Shown here: in pieces, positions 20,108 to 29,170 of the stretch | Layout of the letters: every line of letters starts with the position of its first letter | How positions within the stretch are numbered: position 1 is the stretch's first letter | DNA from: Woeseiaceae bacterium | Lineage (GTDB): Bacteria; Pseudomonadota; Gammaproteobacteria; Steroidobacterales; Woeseiaceae | Length of the DNA stretch: 64,000 bases | Direction of reading: 5' to 3' | Assembly (NCBI GenBank): GCA_028279985.1 | Contig: JANQMR010000039.1 | Coordinates: 1,656 to 65,655 of the forward strand | Position numbers and translations under genes: made by a program | The notes under the pieces: model-generated | The model's input: the letters and a program-made list of their open reading frames with translations, nothing else | Databases searched by the model: none | Told to the model about the DNA's origin: nothing

Positions 20108-21710
20108 TCGGGTAACGCCAGTCGCGGCCGAATGCGCGGCTGCTGATCCGGATGCCGGGCGGCGCCTGGCGCCGCTTGTACTCGTTGCGTTTGACCATCT
20201 CCAGCACCCGGATGACGACATCGCGGTCGTAACCGCGGCCTGCAATCTCCTCCACCGACAAATCCTCCTCGATGAACGCCTCGAGGATCGGATCCAGCAC
20301 CTCGTAAGGCGGTAGCGAATCGGAGTCCTTTTGCCCGGGACGCAGCTCCGCTGTCGGCTCGCGGGTCAACACCCGCTCGGGAATCACGGGCTCGATGCCG
20401 TTGCGATAACGCGCCAGCCTGTAAACCAGCGATTTGCTGCAGTCCTTGATCGGCGCGAAGCCGCCCGCCATGTCGCCATACAGGGTTGCGTAACCCACCG
20501 CCATTTCGCTCTTGTTGCCGGTGGTCAGCAACATTCGGCCGGTCTTGTTGGAAATCGCCATCAGCAACAGGCCCCGGCAGCGCGCCTGGACGTTTTCCTC
20601 GGTCGCATCCGCTTCCCGTCCGGCGAAAACGGGCTCTAGCTGTTTGACGATCGCATCGTAAATCGGCGCGATCGGAATGACCTCGTAGTCCACGCCCAGG
20701 TTGGCGGCCTCCTCGGCCGCGTCCTCCTGGCTCATCGTGGACGTGTAACGAAACGGCATCATGACCGTACGCACGCATTCGGCGCCGACGGCGTCGCGGG
20801 CCACGGCACACACCAGCGCCGAATCCACGCCGCCCGAGAGGCCGATGACGACGCCCGGGAAACCGTGTTTACGGACGTAGTCGCGGGTGCCGGTCACCAG
20901 GGCGCCGTAGACGCTAGCCTCGGTTTCCTGCAGGTCTGCGATCTCGCCAGGCTCCACGGCGATGCCGCCGGGCCTGCCCTCGATCACGATGCGGTGCAGG
21001 CCTTCCTCGAACGGGGGGGCGCGGAAGCGTGTGCGGCCGCTCGCGTCCATCAGGAAGGAACCCCCGTCGAAGACCAGCTCGTCCTGGCCGCCGACCGTAT
21101 TGACGTAGGCGACGGGCAGGCCGGTTTCGACGACTCGGTCCCTGACGACCTGCTCCCGTTCCGCCTGCGCTTCCAACTCGTAGGGTGAGCCGTTGATCGC
21201 GACGATACACTCGGCACCCGCCGCCCGCGCGGCCGCCATCGGCGCCGGCTGCCAGACGTCTTCACAGATGTTGAGGCCCAGGCAGATGCCGTTCAGCCGG
21301 AACACGGCCGGACGCTTGCCGGCCGTGAAGTAGCGTTCTTCGTCGAACACGCGGTAATTCGGCAGCAGCCGCTTGCGATAATGGGCCAGCGTCTGGCCGT
21401 CCCGGAACACGGCGCAACTGTTGTAGATGTTGCCGTCCTCATATTCGGGGAAGCCGATCAGTACCGCAATGCCGCGGACCGCATCGCGTATCTCGGCAAC
21501 CGAGGTTTCGACACCGCGCCTGAACCCCGAATGGAACAACAGGTCTTCGGGTGGATAACCGCAGACGCTGAGCTCCGGGAATACGACAAGGTCGGCGCGT
21601 AACTCGTCGCGGGCGCGCGCCGAGGTTTCCAGTATGCGTTGCCGGTTACCGTCGATATCGCCGACGATCAGGTCGAGTTGTGCCAGTGCAAGCGTCAGTC
21701 TTTCGTTCAT
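20067..21710 (-). CDS. nadE: Glutamine-dependent NAD+ synthetase
   Basis: 547 aa with an N-terminal CN-hydrolase domain (ALAQLDL..., FPELSVCGY, ICEDVW) and a C-terminal synthetase domain with the SGGVDS PP-loop. Its 3' end overlaps the bamD 3' end convergently by 41 nt. Confidence 0.9.
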   Translation of the reverse strand: MNERLTLALAQLDLIVGDIDGNRQRILETSARARDELRADLVVFPELSVCGYPPEDLLFHSGFRRGVETSVAEIRDAVRGIAVLIGFPEYEDGNIYNSCAVFRDGQTLAHYRKRLLPNYRVFDEERYFTAGKRPAVFRLNGICLGLNICEDVWQPAPMAAARAAGAECIVAINGSPYELEAQAEREQVVRDRVVETGLPVAYVNTVGGQDELVFDGGSFLMDASGRTRFRAPPFEEGLHRIVIEGRPGGIAVEPGEIADLQETEASVYGALVTGTRDYVRKHGFPGVVIGLSGGVDSALVCAVARDAVGAECVRTVMMPFRYTSTMSQEDAAEEAANLGVDYEVIPIAPIYDAIVKQLEPVFAGREADATEENVQARCRGLLLMAISNKTGRMLLTTGNKSEMAVGYATLYGDMAGGFAPIKDCSKSLVYRLARYRNGIEPVIPERVLTREPTAELRPGQKDSDSLPPYEVLDPILEAFIEEDLSVEEIAGRGYDRDVVIRVLEMVKRNEYKRRQAPPGIRISSRAFGRDWRYPITSGYRFPQGRER

Positions 21711-21755
21711 TACCGCGTCGGCGCCGGGCCTGCTGCCGGGACCCGTCGACAGGCC

Positions 21756-21816
21756 CTAGTCAACGGGCCGTAGTCAACGGGCACTAGTCTACGGGCTCTA
21801 GTCTACGGGCTCTAGG
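21756..21816. repeat. 14-nt x4 tandem repeat anchored on the sucD stop
   Basis: ctagtcaacgggcc / gtagtcaacgggca / ctagtctacgggct / ctagtctacgggct / ctagg. The last cta (21812-21814) is the sucD TAG. Confidence 0.9.
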
Positions 21817-22684
21817 CGCCGAGTACCTCGTGCATACGGCTGCCGAGCTCCGCCGGAGAGCGCACCGTGGCGACCCCGGCCGCGTCCAGCGCCTCGAATT
21901 TGGCCGCCGCCGTTCCCTTGCCGCCGGCAATAATCGCCCCGGCATGCCCCATGCGTTTGCCGGGCGGCGCGGTGACGCCGGCGATGTAGGCGACCACGGG
22001 TTTGGAGACCCGGGCTTCGATGTACGCCGCGGCCGCTTCCTCGTCGGTGCCGCCGATCTCGCCGACCATGATGATACCGTCGGTATCCGGATCGGCCTCG
22101 AACAGTTCGAGACAGTCGATGAAGTTCATGCCGCGCACCGGGTCGCCGCCGATGCCGATGCAGGTGCTCTGGCCGAGATCGTTTTGCGTGGTCTGAAACA
22201 CGGCTTCGTAGGTCAGCGTGCCCGAGCGGGAGACAATGCCGATGCGGCCGGGCTTGTGAATGAATCCCGGCATGATGCCGATCTTGCATTCCGCGGGCGT
22301 GATGATGCCGGGACAGTTCGGCCCGATCAGCCGGCAGTCGTAGTTGCGCAGCGCCGACTTGACCCGCACCATGTCGTTGACCGGAATCCCTTCGGTGATA
22401 CAGACCACCAGGCCCACCCCGGAGTCCGCCGCTTCGAGGATGGCGTCGGCCGCGAACGGCGCGGGCACGTAGATCATGCTGACGTCGGCGCCGGTCTCGG
22501 CGACCGCGTCGCGCATCGTGTCGAAGACCGGGACCCCCAGGTGCTCTTCGCCGCCGCGGCCGGGCGTGACCCCGGCCACGACCCGGGTCCCGTATTCGAT
22601 GCACTGCTCGGTGTGGAACGATCCCTGGTTGCCGGTAATGCCCTGGCAGATCACCTTGCTCGATTGATTGACGAGTACGCTCAT
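21812..22684 (-). CDS. sucD: Succinate--CoA ligase subunit alpha
   Basis: The ATG at 22684 gives [33 protein letters not shown]. The phosphohistidine loop GHAGAII is present. Confidence 0.95.
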   Translation of the reverse strand: MSVLVNQSSKVICQGITGNQGSFHTEQCIEYGTRVVAGVTPGRGGEEHLGVPVFDTMRDAVAETGADVSMIYVPAPFAADAILEAADSGVGLVVCITEGIPVNDMVRVKSALRNYDCRLIGPNCPGIITPAECKIGIMPGFIHKPGRIGIVSRSGTLTYEAVFQTTQNDLGQSTCIGIGGDPVRGMNFIDCLELFEADPDTDGIIMVGEIGGTDEEAAAAYIEARVSKPVVAYIAGVTAPPGKRMGHAGAIIAGGKGTAAAKFEALDAAGVATVRSPAELGSRMHEVLGA

Positions 22685-22686
22685 GT

Positions 22687-22715
22687 CCCTTCCACTAACT
22701 TCCCTTCCACTAACT
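22687..22715. repeat. 14/15-nt x2 repeat filling the sucC-sucD spacer
   Basis: cccttccactaact / tcccttccactaact. On the minus strand this is AGTTAGTGGAAGGGA x2, which starts inside the sucC TAG and carries the GGAAGG Shine-Dalgarno for sucD. Confidence 0.8.
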
Positions 22716-23870
22716 CGCCGCGGCAACGGCTTTTCGGGCGGCGTCCGTCAGGTCGTTCGCCGCGATGATGTCGAGCCCGCTGTCGGCGAGCATTTGCCGG
22801 CCCCGGTCGACGTTGGTGCCCTCGAGGCGCACGACCACCGGCACGCCGACCCCGACTTCCTGCACCGCATCGACGATACCCTGTGCGATCAGGTCGCAAC
22901 GGACGATCCCGCCGAAGATGTTGACGAGAATGGCGCCTACGTTCTCGTTCGACAGGATCAGCTTGAAGGCCGCCGCCACCCGCTCGCTGGTCGCGCCGCC
23001 GCCTACGTCGAGGAAATTGGCCGGCTCGCCGCCGTGGAGCTTGATCAGGTCCATCGTCGCCATCGCGAGCCCGGCTCCGTTCACCATGCAGGCGATGTTG
23101 CCGTCCAGCGAGACGTAGTTCAGATCGTGCTCGGCTGCTTCGCGTTCCCGCTCGTCTTCCTGCGTCAGGTCGCGTAAGGCCTCGAGTTTCGGCTGCCGAA
23201 AGAGTGCGTTTGCCTCGATATTGATTTTTGCATCGAGTGCGACCACGTCTCCCGACTTGGTCGTAATCAGCGGGTTGATCTCGACCAGGCTCGCGTCACA
23301 TTCCAGGTAGAGCCGGTACAGGCGGCGGATCAGGTCGCCGAACTGCCGCATCTGCTTTTTGTCGAGCCCGAGACCGAAAGCGAGCTGTCTCGCCTGATAG
23401 TCCTGTAACCCCGCATCCGGCGAGACCGCCACGGAGAAGATTCTCTCCGGCGTCTCTTCGGCCACCTGCTCGATGTCCATGCCGCCGGCCGCCGACGCGA
23501 TGAACGCGACACGGCTGACCTCCCGATCCACGAGCATGGAGAGATACAGCTCGCGATCGATGTCGGAACCCGCTTCGACGTAAACGACGTTGACCGGCAG
23601 GCCGTCCGGTCCCGACTGGTGAGTGACCAGCCGGGTGCCCAGCATGCCGGCCGCGGCTTCCCGCAGCTCGTCGACGCTCCGTGTGAGCTTCACCCCGCCG
23701 GCCTTGCCGCGCCCGCCGGCGTGCACCTGGGCCTTGACGACCCACAGCTCGCCGCCGAGCTCCTTCGCCGCCTCGACGGCTTCTTCGGCCGTTTCGGCCG
23801 GGATGCCGCGCGGCACCGGGATGCCGTAGTCGGCGAACAATCGCTTGGATTGGTATTCGTGGAGATTCAT
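22710..23870 (-). CDS. sucC: Succinate--CoA ligase subunit beta
   Basis: The ATG at 23870 gives [22 protein letters not shown]. Length 386 aa. The track ORF extension to 24134 was rejected. Confidence 0.95.
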   Translation of the reverse strand: MNLHEYQSKRLFADYGIPVPRGIPAETAEEAVEAAKELGGELWVVKAQVHAGGRGKAGGVKLTRSVDELREAAAGMLGTRLVTHQSGPDGLPVNVVYVEAGSDIDRELYLSMLVDREVSRVAFIASAAGGMDIEQVAEETPERIFSVAVSPDAGLQDYQARQLAFGLGLDKKQMRQFGDLIRRLYRLYLECDASLVEINPLITTKSGDVVALDAKINIEANALFRQPKLEALRDLTQEDEREREAAEHDLNYVSLDGNIACMVNGAGLAMATMDLIKLHGGEPANFLDVGGGATSERVAAAFKLILSNENVGAILVNIFGGIVRCDLIAQGIVDAVQEVGVGVPVVVRLEGTNVDRGRQMLADSGLDIIAANDLTDAARKAVAAAS

Positions 23871-24023
23871 CGGGTTGTTGTTTCTTCTGTGGCGGGACGA
23901 GTGCGGCCGCGGGACCGCGAAACCGGGCGTATTGTGGAGCAAAGCCTGCCGTTTCGCAAAACCCGCCGCGGCGGCCGGCAAGGCGGCATCCATGTCCGTC
24001 GGCCGTCGTGGCGGGTCGCCGTA

Positions 24024-25808
24024 ATGCGCGACCAAATGAACGGCGAAATAAGCGACAATCCATGGATGGAACAGGCGACCGGGGAAAGCTTCGGCAAGCG
24101 CACGATTCGCACCAGCCGCGAGACGCTGTTGCAAATGGCGGTAGACGAGCCCGATCTGAGCTGGCGCGTTCTGAGCACGCTGAACCTGTTCCGGCTGCTG
24201 ATCGCCGCCGGGCTGCTCGGCCTGTTTTTCGTCACCGGCGAGCCTTATGTCTTCGGCGACCGCTACCCGGCCTTGTTCTCGGCGACCGCGGCGGGTTACC
24301 TAGTGTTTGCGGCCCTGTCGGGCGTCGGGCTCAATCAGCGCTGGGTGCCGGCCTACGTCCAGGGTGTCGGGCAGATCCTGGTCGATATCGTCGCGGTTAC
24401 CGTACTGGTACACGCCAGCGGCGGCGTGGGCACCGGCCTGGGCGGGCTTCTATTGGTTTTCGTCGGCGCGGGTAGCCTGGTGCTGCCGATGCAGTATCCG
24501 GCGGCGCTGGGCGCGGTCGCGACCATTGCAATCCTCGGGGAGCAGCTTTTCTCGCAGCTCGGCGGCTACGGCGCGAACTACCCGGCCGCGGGCCTCTTGT
24601 GCGCGATCATATTCACGATGTCGCTGGCCGCCAGGCCGCTGGCCAGGCGCATACAGGCCAGCGAGGCCTTGGCGCTGCAGCGCGGCGTGGATCTCAAGAA
24701 CCTCTCGGAGCTCAACGAATACATCGTTCAGCACCTCCGCGAGAGCATCGTCGTCATCGATCGCGACGATTCGGTCCGGCTCAGCAATGCGTCCGCGGCG
24801 CGACTGCTGGGGATCAACGAGCCGCTGCGCGGTATGCCGGTCTCGGGCCTGTCGGCGCCGCTCGCCGAGTACCTCGGCCGGTGGCGGCACCGGCACGAGC
24901 TCTCGTCGCATCCCGAGTTTACGCTGATCACCGCCGGCAACAACGCGCGTATCACCGCACATCTGGCGCCGCTCGGCAAAGACGGCACGCGGCTGGGACC
25001 GGTGCTGATATTCCTCGAAGACGCGAGCCTGATGAACGCCCGTGTGCAGCAATCCAAGCTCGCCTCGCTCGGCCGGCTGAGCGCCAGCATTGCGCATGAG
25101 ATACGCAATCCGGTGGGCGCGATGAGCCACGCCGCGCAACTGTTGCGAGAGTCGGAGGGCTTGAAAGACGACGATCGACGGCTGACCGACATCATCCAGA
25201 CACACTCGGAGCGGGTCAGCCACATCATCGACAACGTGCTGCAGTTGTCGCGGCGCGAATCGGGCCGTCCGGAGCAGCTCATGCTGAAACCCTGGCTGGA
25301 GGACTTCGCCGTCGAGTTCACCCGCACCTTGGGGCTGCAAGAGGGCGAGCTGACGGTCGCAGACGCCGACGAGGGTATCGAGGTGCGCATGGATCGCAGC
25401 CACCTGCGCCAGGTGCTGTGGAATCTCTGCGACAACGCGGTCAAGTATGCCAGCGAGACCGGCGGTATCCTGGTGGAGCTCGAGGCGGGCCGCCTCGACG
25501 GAGCCGGCCGGCCTTACCTCGAAGTGCGGGACCACGGCCGCGGGATCGAAGACACCACGGCCGAGAAGATCTTCGAGCCGTTTTTTACCGCACAGTCCGG
25601 CGGCACCGGACTGGGGCTTTATATCTCGCGGGAACTTTGCGAATTGAATCGCGCGACCCTTTTGCACCTTGACCGGCCGGGCGGAGGCAGTATCTTTCGT
25701 ATCGTTTTTGCCGATTCCGAACGCTGGGAGGCTCAGGAGGGCGCCGCAGGAACGGCTGGCCGGGGCAACAGCGAGACGGGATCGACCGTGAGCCAGGACC
25801 GAGAATGA
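24024..25808 (+). CDS. pilS: Sensor histidine kinase PilS (start uncertain: 24024, 24066 or 24135)
   Basis: Multi-TM N-terminus, H-box SIAHEIRNP, and an HATPase with DNAVKY...DHGRGI...GGTGLGL. The stop overlaps the pilR start (ATGA). The upstream part of track ORF 23619.. is antisense to sucC. Confidence 0.8.
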   Translation: MRDQMNGEISDNPWMEQATGESFGKRTIRTSRETLLQMAVDEPDLSWRVLSTLNLFRLLIAAGLLGLFFVTGEPYVFGDRYPALFSATAAGYLVFAALSGVGLNQRWVPAYVQGVGQILVDIVAVTVLVHASGGVGTGLGGLLLVFVGAGSLVLPMQYPAALGAVATIAILGEQLFSQLGGYGANYPAAGLLCAIIFTMSLAARPLARRIQASEALALQRGVDLKNLSELNEYIVQHLRESIVVIDRDDSVRLSNASAARLLGINEPLRGMPVSGLSAPLAEYLGRWRHRHELSSHPEFTLITAGNNARITAHLAPLGKDGTRLGPVLIFLEDASLMNARVQQSKLASLGRLSASIAHEIRNPVGAMSHAAQLLRESEGLKDDDRRLTDIIQTHSERVSHIIDNVLQLSRRESGRPEQLMLKPWLEDFAVEFTRTLGLQEGELTVADADEGIEVRMDRSHLRQVLWNLCDNAVKYASETGGILVELEAGRLDGAGRPYLEVRDHGRGIEDTTAEKIFEPFFTAQSGGTGLGLYISRELCELNRATLLHLDRPGGGSIFRIVFADSERWEAQEGAAGTAGRGNSETGSTVSQDRE

Positions 25809-27109
25809 CCCGCCCTCTTGCCCTCGTCGTCGACGACGAACCCGACATCTGCGAGCTGCTGGCGATGACTCTCGGGCGCATGAATATCGATACCGAGACC
25901 GCAGGCGACGTCGGCGGCGCGAAGGGTCGGCTCGGCGCAACACGTTTCGACGTGTGCCTGACCGACATGCGGCTGCCGGACGGGGACGGCCTGGAGCTCG
26001 TCGAATGGATGCAGTCCCACGCACCGGACGTTCCGGTCGCGGTGATCACGGCGCACGGCAACATCGAGACGGCCGTGCAGGCTTTGAAGCTGGGTGCCTT
26101 CGACTTCCTGTCCAAGCCGCTGGATCTCAACCACCTGCGCAACATCGTCGAGAACGCGCTGAAGCTCGATCGGGGCGGGGACAACAACAAAGCCGGCCTG
26201 CTCGGCGACTCCGCGCCGATGCAGGCGCTTCGCGACATGATCGAACGCGTGGCGCGCTCCCAGGCGCCGGTGCATATCTCGGGCGAGTCGGGCACCGGCA
26301 AGGAGCTCGTAGCGCGGTTGATTCACGAGAGCGGTCCGCGGGCCGAGGGGCCGTTCGTGCCGATCAACTGCGGCGCGATCCCGGCGGAACTGATGGAGAG
26401 TGAGTTTTTCGGGCATCGAAAGGGCAGCTTTACCGGCGCGGTCAGTGACAAACAGGGGCTGGTGCAGGCCGCGGCCGGTGGTAGCTTGTTTCTGGACGAA
26501 ATCGCCGACCTGCCGTTGGCGATGCAGGTGAAACTCCTCAGAGTGATTCAGGAAAAGTCCGTACGTCCGGTGGGCGCCTCGCGCGAAGAGCCGGTCGATG
26601 CGCGGATCTTGTCGGCGACGCACCGGAACTTGTCTGAGATGGTGGCAACCGGCGAGTTCCGAGAAGACTTGTTCTATCGAATCAACGTTATCGAGCTGCG
26701 CGTCCCCGCACTGAGAGATCGCGGGAACGACGTGCTGCTGCTCGCCGAGCACCTACTGAAGAAACTGGGGTCCCGCGCAACGCTGGACGAAGGCGCCCGG
26801 CACGAGCTGCTGAGCTATGCCTTCCCCGGCAACGTCCGGGAGCTCGAAAACACGCTTGAACGAGCAGTGACGCTTTGCTCAAGTGGCACCATTGGCGAGA
26901 CGGATTTGAACTTGAAGTCGAACGAGATCGGCGGCGGCCGAAGCGTTGCCGCCACCGGGGATCTCGGAAGTCGCATCGACGACGTGCAGCGGCAAGCGAT
27001 CGTCGATGCGCTGGAGAAAACTCGCTACAACAAGACAGCGGCTGCGAAGCTGCTGGGCTTGACGTTACGGCAACTTAGATATCGTATCCAGAAGCTAGAG
27101 ATCAAATGA
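25805..27109 (+). CDS. pilR: Sigma-54-dependent response regulator PilR
   Basis: Receiver domain (VVDDE...DMRLPDGDG), AAA+ domain with GESGTGKE and the sigma-54 contact loop GSFTGA, and a C-terminal Fis-type HTH (NKTAAAKLLGLTLRQLRYRI). Confidence 0.9.
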   Translation: MTRPLALVVDDEPDICELLAMTLGRMNIDTETAGDVGGAKGRLGATRFDVCLTDMRLPDGDGLELVEWMQSHAPDVPVAVITAHGNIETAVQALKLGAFDFLSKPLDLNHLRNIVENALKLDRGGDNNKAGLLGDSAPMQALRDMIERVARSQAPVHISGESGTGKELVARLIHESGPRAEGPFVPINCGAIPAELMESEFFGHRKGSFTGAVSDKQGLVQAAAGGSLFLDEIADLPLAMQVKLLRVIQEKSVRPVGASREEPVDARILSATHRNLSEMVATGEFREDLFYRINVIELRVPALRDRGNDVLLLAEHLLKKLGSRATLDEGARHELLSYAFPGNVRELENTLERAVTLCSSGTIGETDLNLKSNEIGGGRSVAATGDLGSRIDDVQRQAIVDALEKTRYNKTAAAKLLGLTLRQLRYRIQKLEIK

Positions 27110-27201
27110 GCCGTGACCTCGTTTGTGACGCCGGACACGAATCTCGTTGCCGCGGGCCTGTATAAGTTTCTAGTCATTTGAAAAACAAGGCAATTTGATC
27201 C

Positions 27202-29151
27202 GTGCACCACGAGACCGCGCGCGAATCTCTGCTTTTCGGCGCGATCGTCGCGACAATCCTCATGCTCGGGTGGTTCGTCTACGAACCGGCATTGGACAGC
27301 GTCTTTTTGTTCGACGACGAGCCGAATCTCCACCAGCTCGAAGCGGTCACCGATTCCGAGTCGGCGCTCATGTTCACCCTATCGGGGGCGGCTGGCCCTT
27401 TGGGACGACCATTGGCTCTTGCGACATTCTTGCCTCAAGTAGACGCGTGGAATGACGAGAATGCCGCAGCGTTCTTGATTATCAATGTCCTGATACACCT
27501 CTTTAACGGACTGCTCGTTTATCACCTGTTCCTAAGGCTGGCCCGGACTCAAAAGGCAACTAGTCCGAACGATCAGTGGGTCGCAATCGGGGGTATGGCG
27601 TTATGGCTATTCATGCCGCTGCTCGCTTCCTCATCGCTCATGATCGTCCAACGGATGACCACGCTGAGTGGGACATTCATGTTAATCGGTCTCAATGCCT
27701 ACCTAGCTGCTCGATCGCGGATAGGGATGAGTCCCGCTTTGGCACTGACCGGGATGAGCACTGCGCTCGTTGCTGCCACTTCTCTAGCGGTTCTCACGAA
27801 AGAGAACGGTGCACTGTTACCTACGCTAGTGCTCATGCTCGAAGCCACGCTGCTCTCGCAACCTAGCGGCGTTCGCGTCGCGCACTGGCGGGCGTGGCAA
27901 ACGACGTTTCTTGTCGCGCCAACACTAGTGATTTTGCTATTCGTCGCGAGCAAGTTGCAATACGCCGACTTCCTGGTCGAAAGACGTGGCTACGACGGGA
28001 TTGATCGCCTGGTTACGGAGGCGCGAATACTCTTTGAGTATCTCTACAATTCATTTATACCGAACCCTGAGAAACTCGGTCCCTTCCACGACGACCGGAG
28101 GATCAGCGTTACACTCGCCGCTCCATCTACTTTGGTCCCGGTAGCAGGCTGGCTGACAGCAATCAGCCTCGCGCTAATGTTTCGCAGGAGATATCCGGTA
28201 GCTGCTTTCGCGATACTCTGGTATCTCGCGGGACATGCGCTCGAGTCCACGACGCTGCCGCTTTATCTTTACTTCGAGCATCGGAATTACATGCCACTAC
28301 TCGGGCCTGTGTTCGCGGTGGCTAGTCTATGCTGCGCTGTGAATCTTCGGTACCGCAAGATCGCCCGGTTCGCTCTGCCGCTTTACATCATCGTCAACGC
28401 AGGAGTACTGTACAGCGTTACTTCCCTTTGGGGCATGCCGTTGAACGCCGCGGCCTACTGGCACCACAATGCACCGGCGTCAGTCGCCGCGGCGAGTCAC
28501 CTTGCGATTCAGCAGTCCCGATACATGGCGCTGGCGGTAGGAATTCTCACTCTCAGAGAGTTCGCCCTACGAAATCCCGAGCATGCCTACCTGCGCTTGC
28601 CGGAGCTGAGCCTGTCCTGCAAGGTAGCACGGGGTGCAGATCACTCCGAAACCGTACAATACCTCAGTGATACTCTGCCCACGGTGAGATTCAGTCACTC
28701 GGTCGGCTCAATGCTCGATTCACTAATGCTTACGATCGCGACAACCGACTGTAACGGCGTCGACCTCGACGTTGGACGCAAACTGGCAGACACATTGATG
28801 AGCAATCCGCGCTATCGTAAAAGCCCGAGATTCGGCAGTTATTACCACCAGCTTCTGGCGCAGATCGCATGGGATAGCGGCGATCCCGAGGCAGCCACTA
28901 CAAATCTCGAGCAGGCGAGGAACTTGCTATCCACCGATCAGTTGCATCGACAATTCGTCGGAATTCTCGCCGCGCAGAACCGGTTCGACGAAGCCCGAGA
29001 GTATCTCGCTGTTGCTGAAGGTGAGCTTCCGTCGCACTTGCTGCGAAATTATGCCGGACGACTAAGATTGAGAAGCCTCGGAAGACACATCGACACGTTG
29101 GAAGCGCAGGCCGGCGAGCAGGTCCCCAATGCCGGGCGCATGGACCACTGA
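27202..29151 (+). CDS. Polytopic GT-C-fold glycosyltransferase, TMTC/PMT-like, with C-terminal helical-repeat (TPR-like) domain (paralog 1)
   Basis: 649 aa, GTG start. TM1 is followed by FLFDDEPN (DD at 27313-27318). It also has GRPLALATF, NVLIHLFNGLLV, many TM helices, YFEHRNYMPLLG and a soluble helical C-terminus. These motifs match the family signature I recall for TMTC/DUF1736-type GT-C enzymes. Confidence 0.65.
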   Translation: MHHETARESLLFGAIVATILMLGWFVYEPALDSVFLFDDEPNLHQLEAVTDSESALMFTLSGAAGPLGRPLALATFLPQVDAWNDENAAAFLIINVLIHLFNGLLVYHLFLRLARTQKATSPNDQWVAIGGMALWLFMPLLASSSLMIVQRMTTLSGTFMLIGLNAYLAARSRIGMSPALALTGMSTALVAATSLAVLTKENGALLPTLVLMLEATLLSQPSGVRVAHWRAWQTTFLVAPTLVILLFVASKLQYADFLVERRGYDGIDRLVTEARILFEYLYNSFIPNPEKLGPFHDDRRISVTLAAPSTLVPVAGWLTAISLALMFRRRYPVAAFAILWYLAGHALESTTLPLYLYFEHRNYMPLLGPVFAVASLCCAVNLRYRKIARFALPLYIIVNAGVLYSVTSLWGMPLNAAAYWHHNAPASVAAASHLAIQQSRYMALAVGILTLREFALRNPEHAYLRLPELSLSCKVARGADHSETVQYLSDTLPTVRFSHSVGSMLDSLMLTIATTDCNGVDLDVGRKLADTLMSNPRYRKSPRFGSYYHQLLAQIAWDSGDPEAATTNLEQARNLLSTDQLHRQFVGILAAQNRFDEAREYLAVAEGELPSHLLRNYAGRLRLRSLGRHIDTLEAQAGEQVPNAGRMDH

Positions 29152-29170
29152 GGCCAGGAACGATGGTCGG

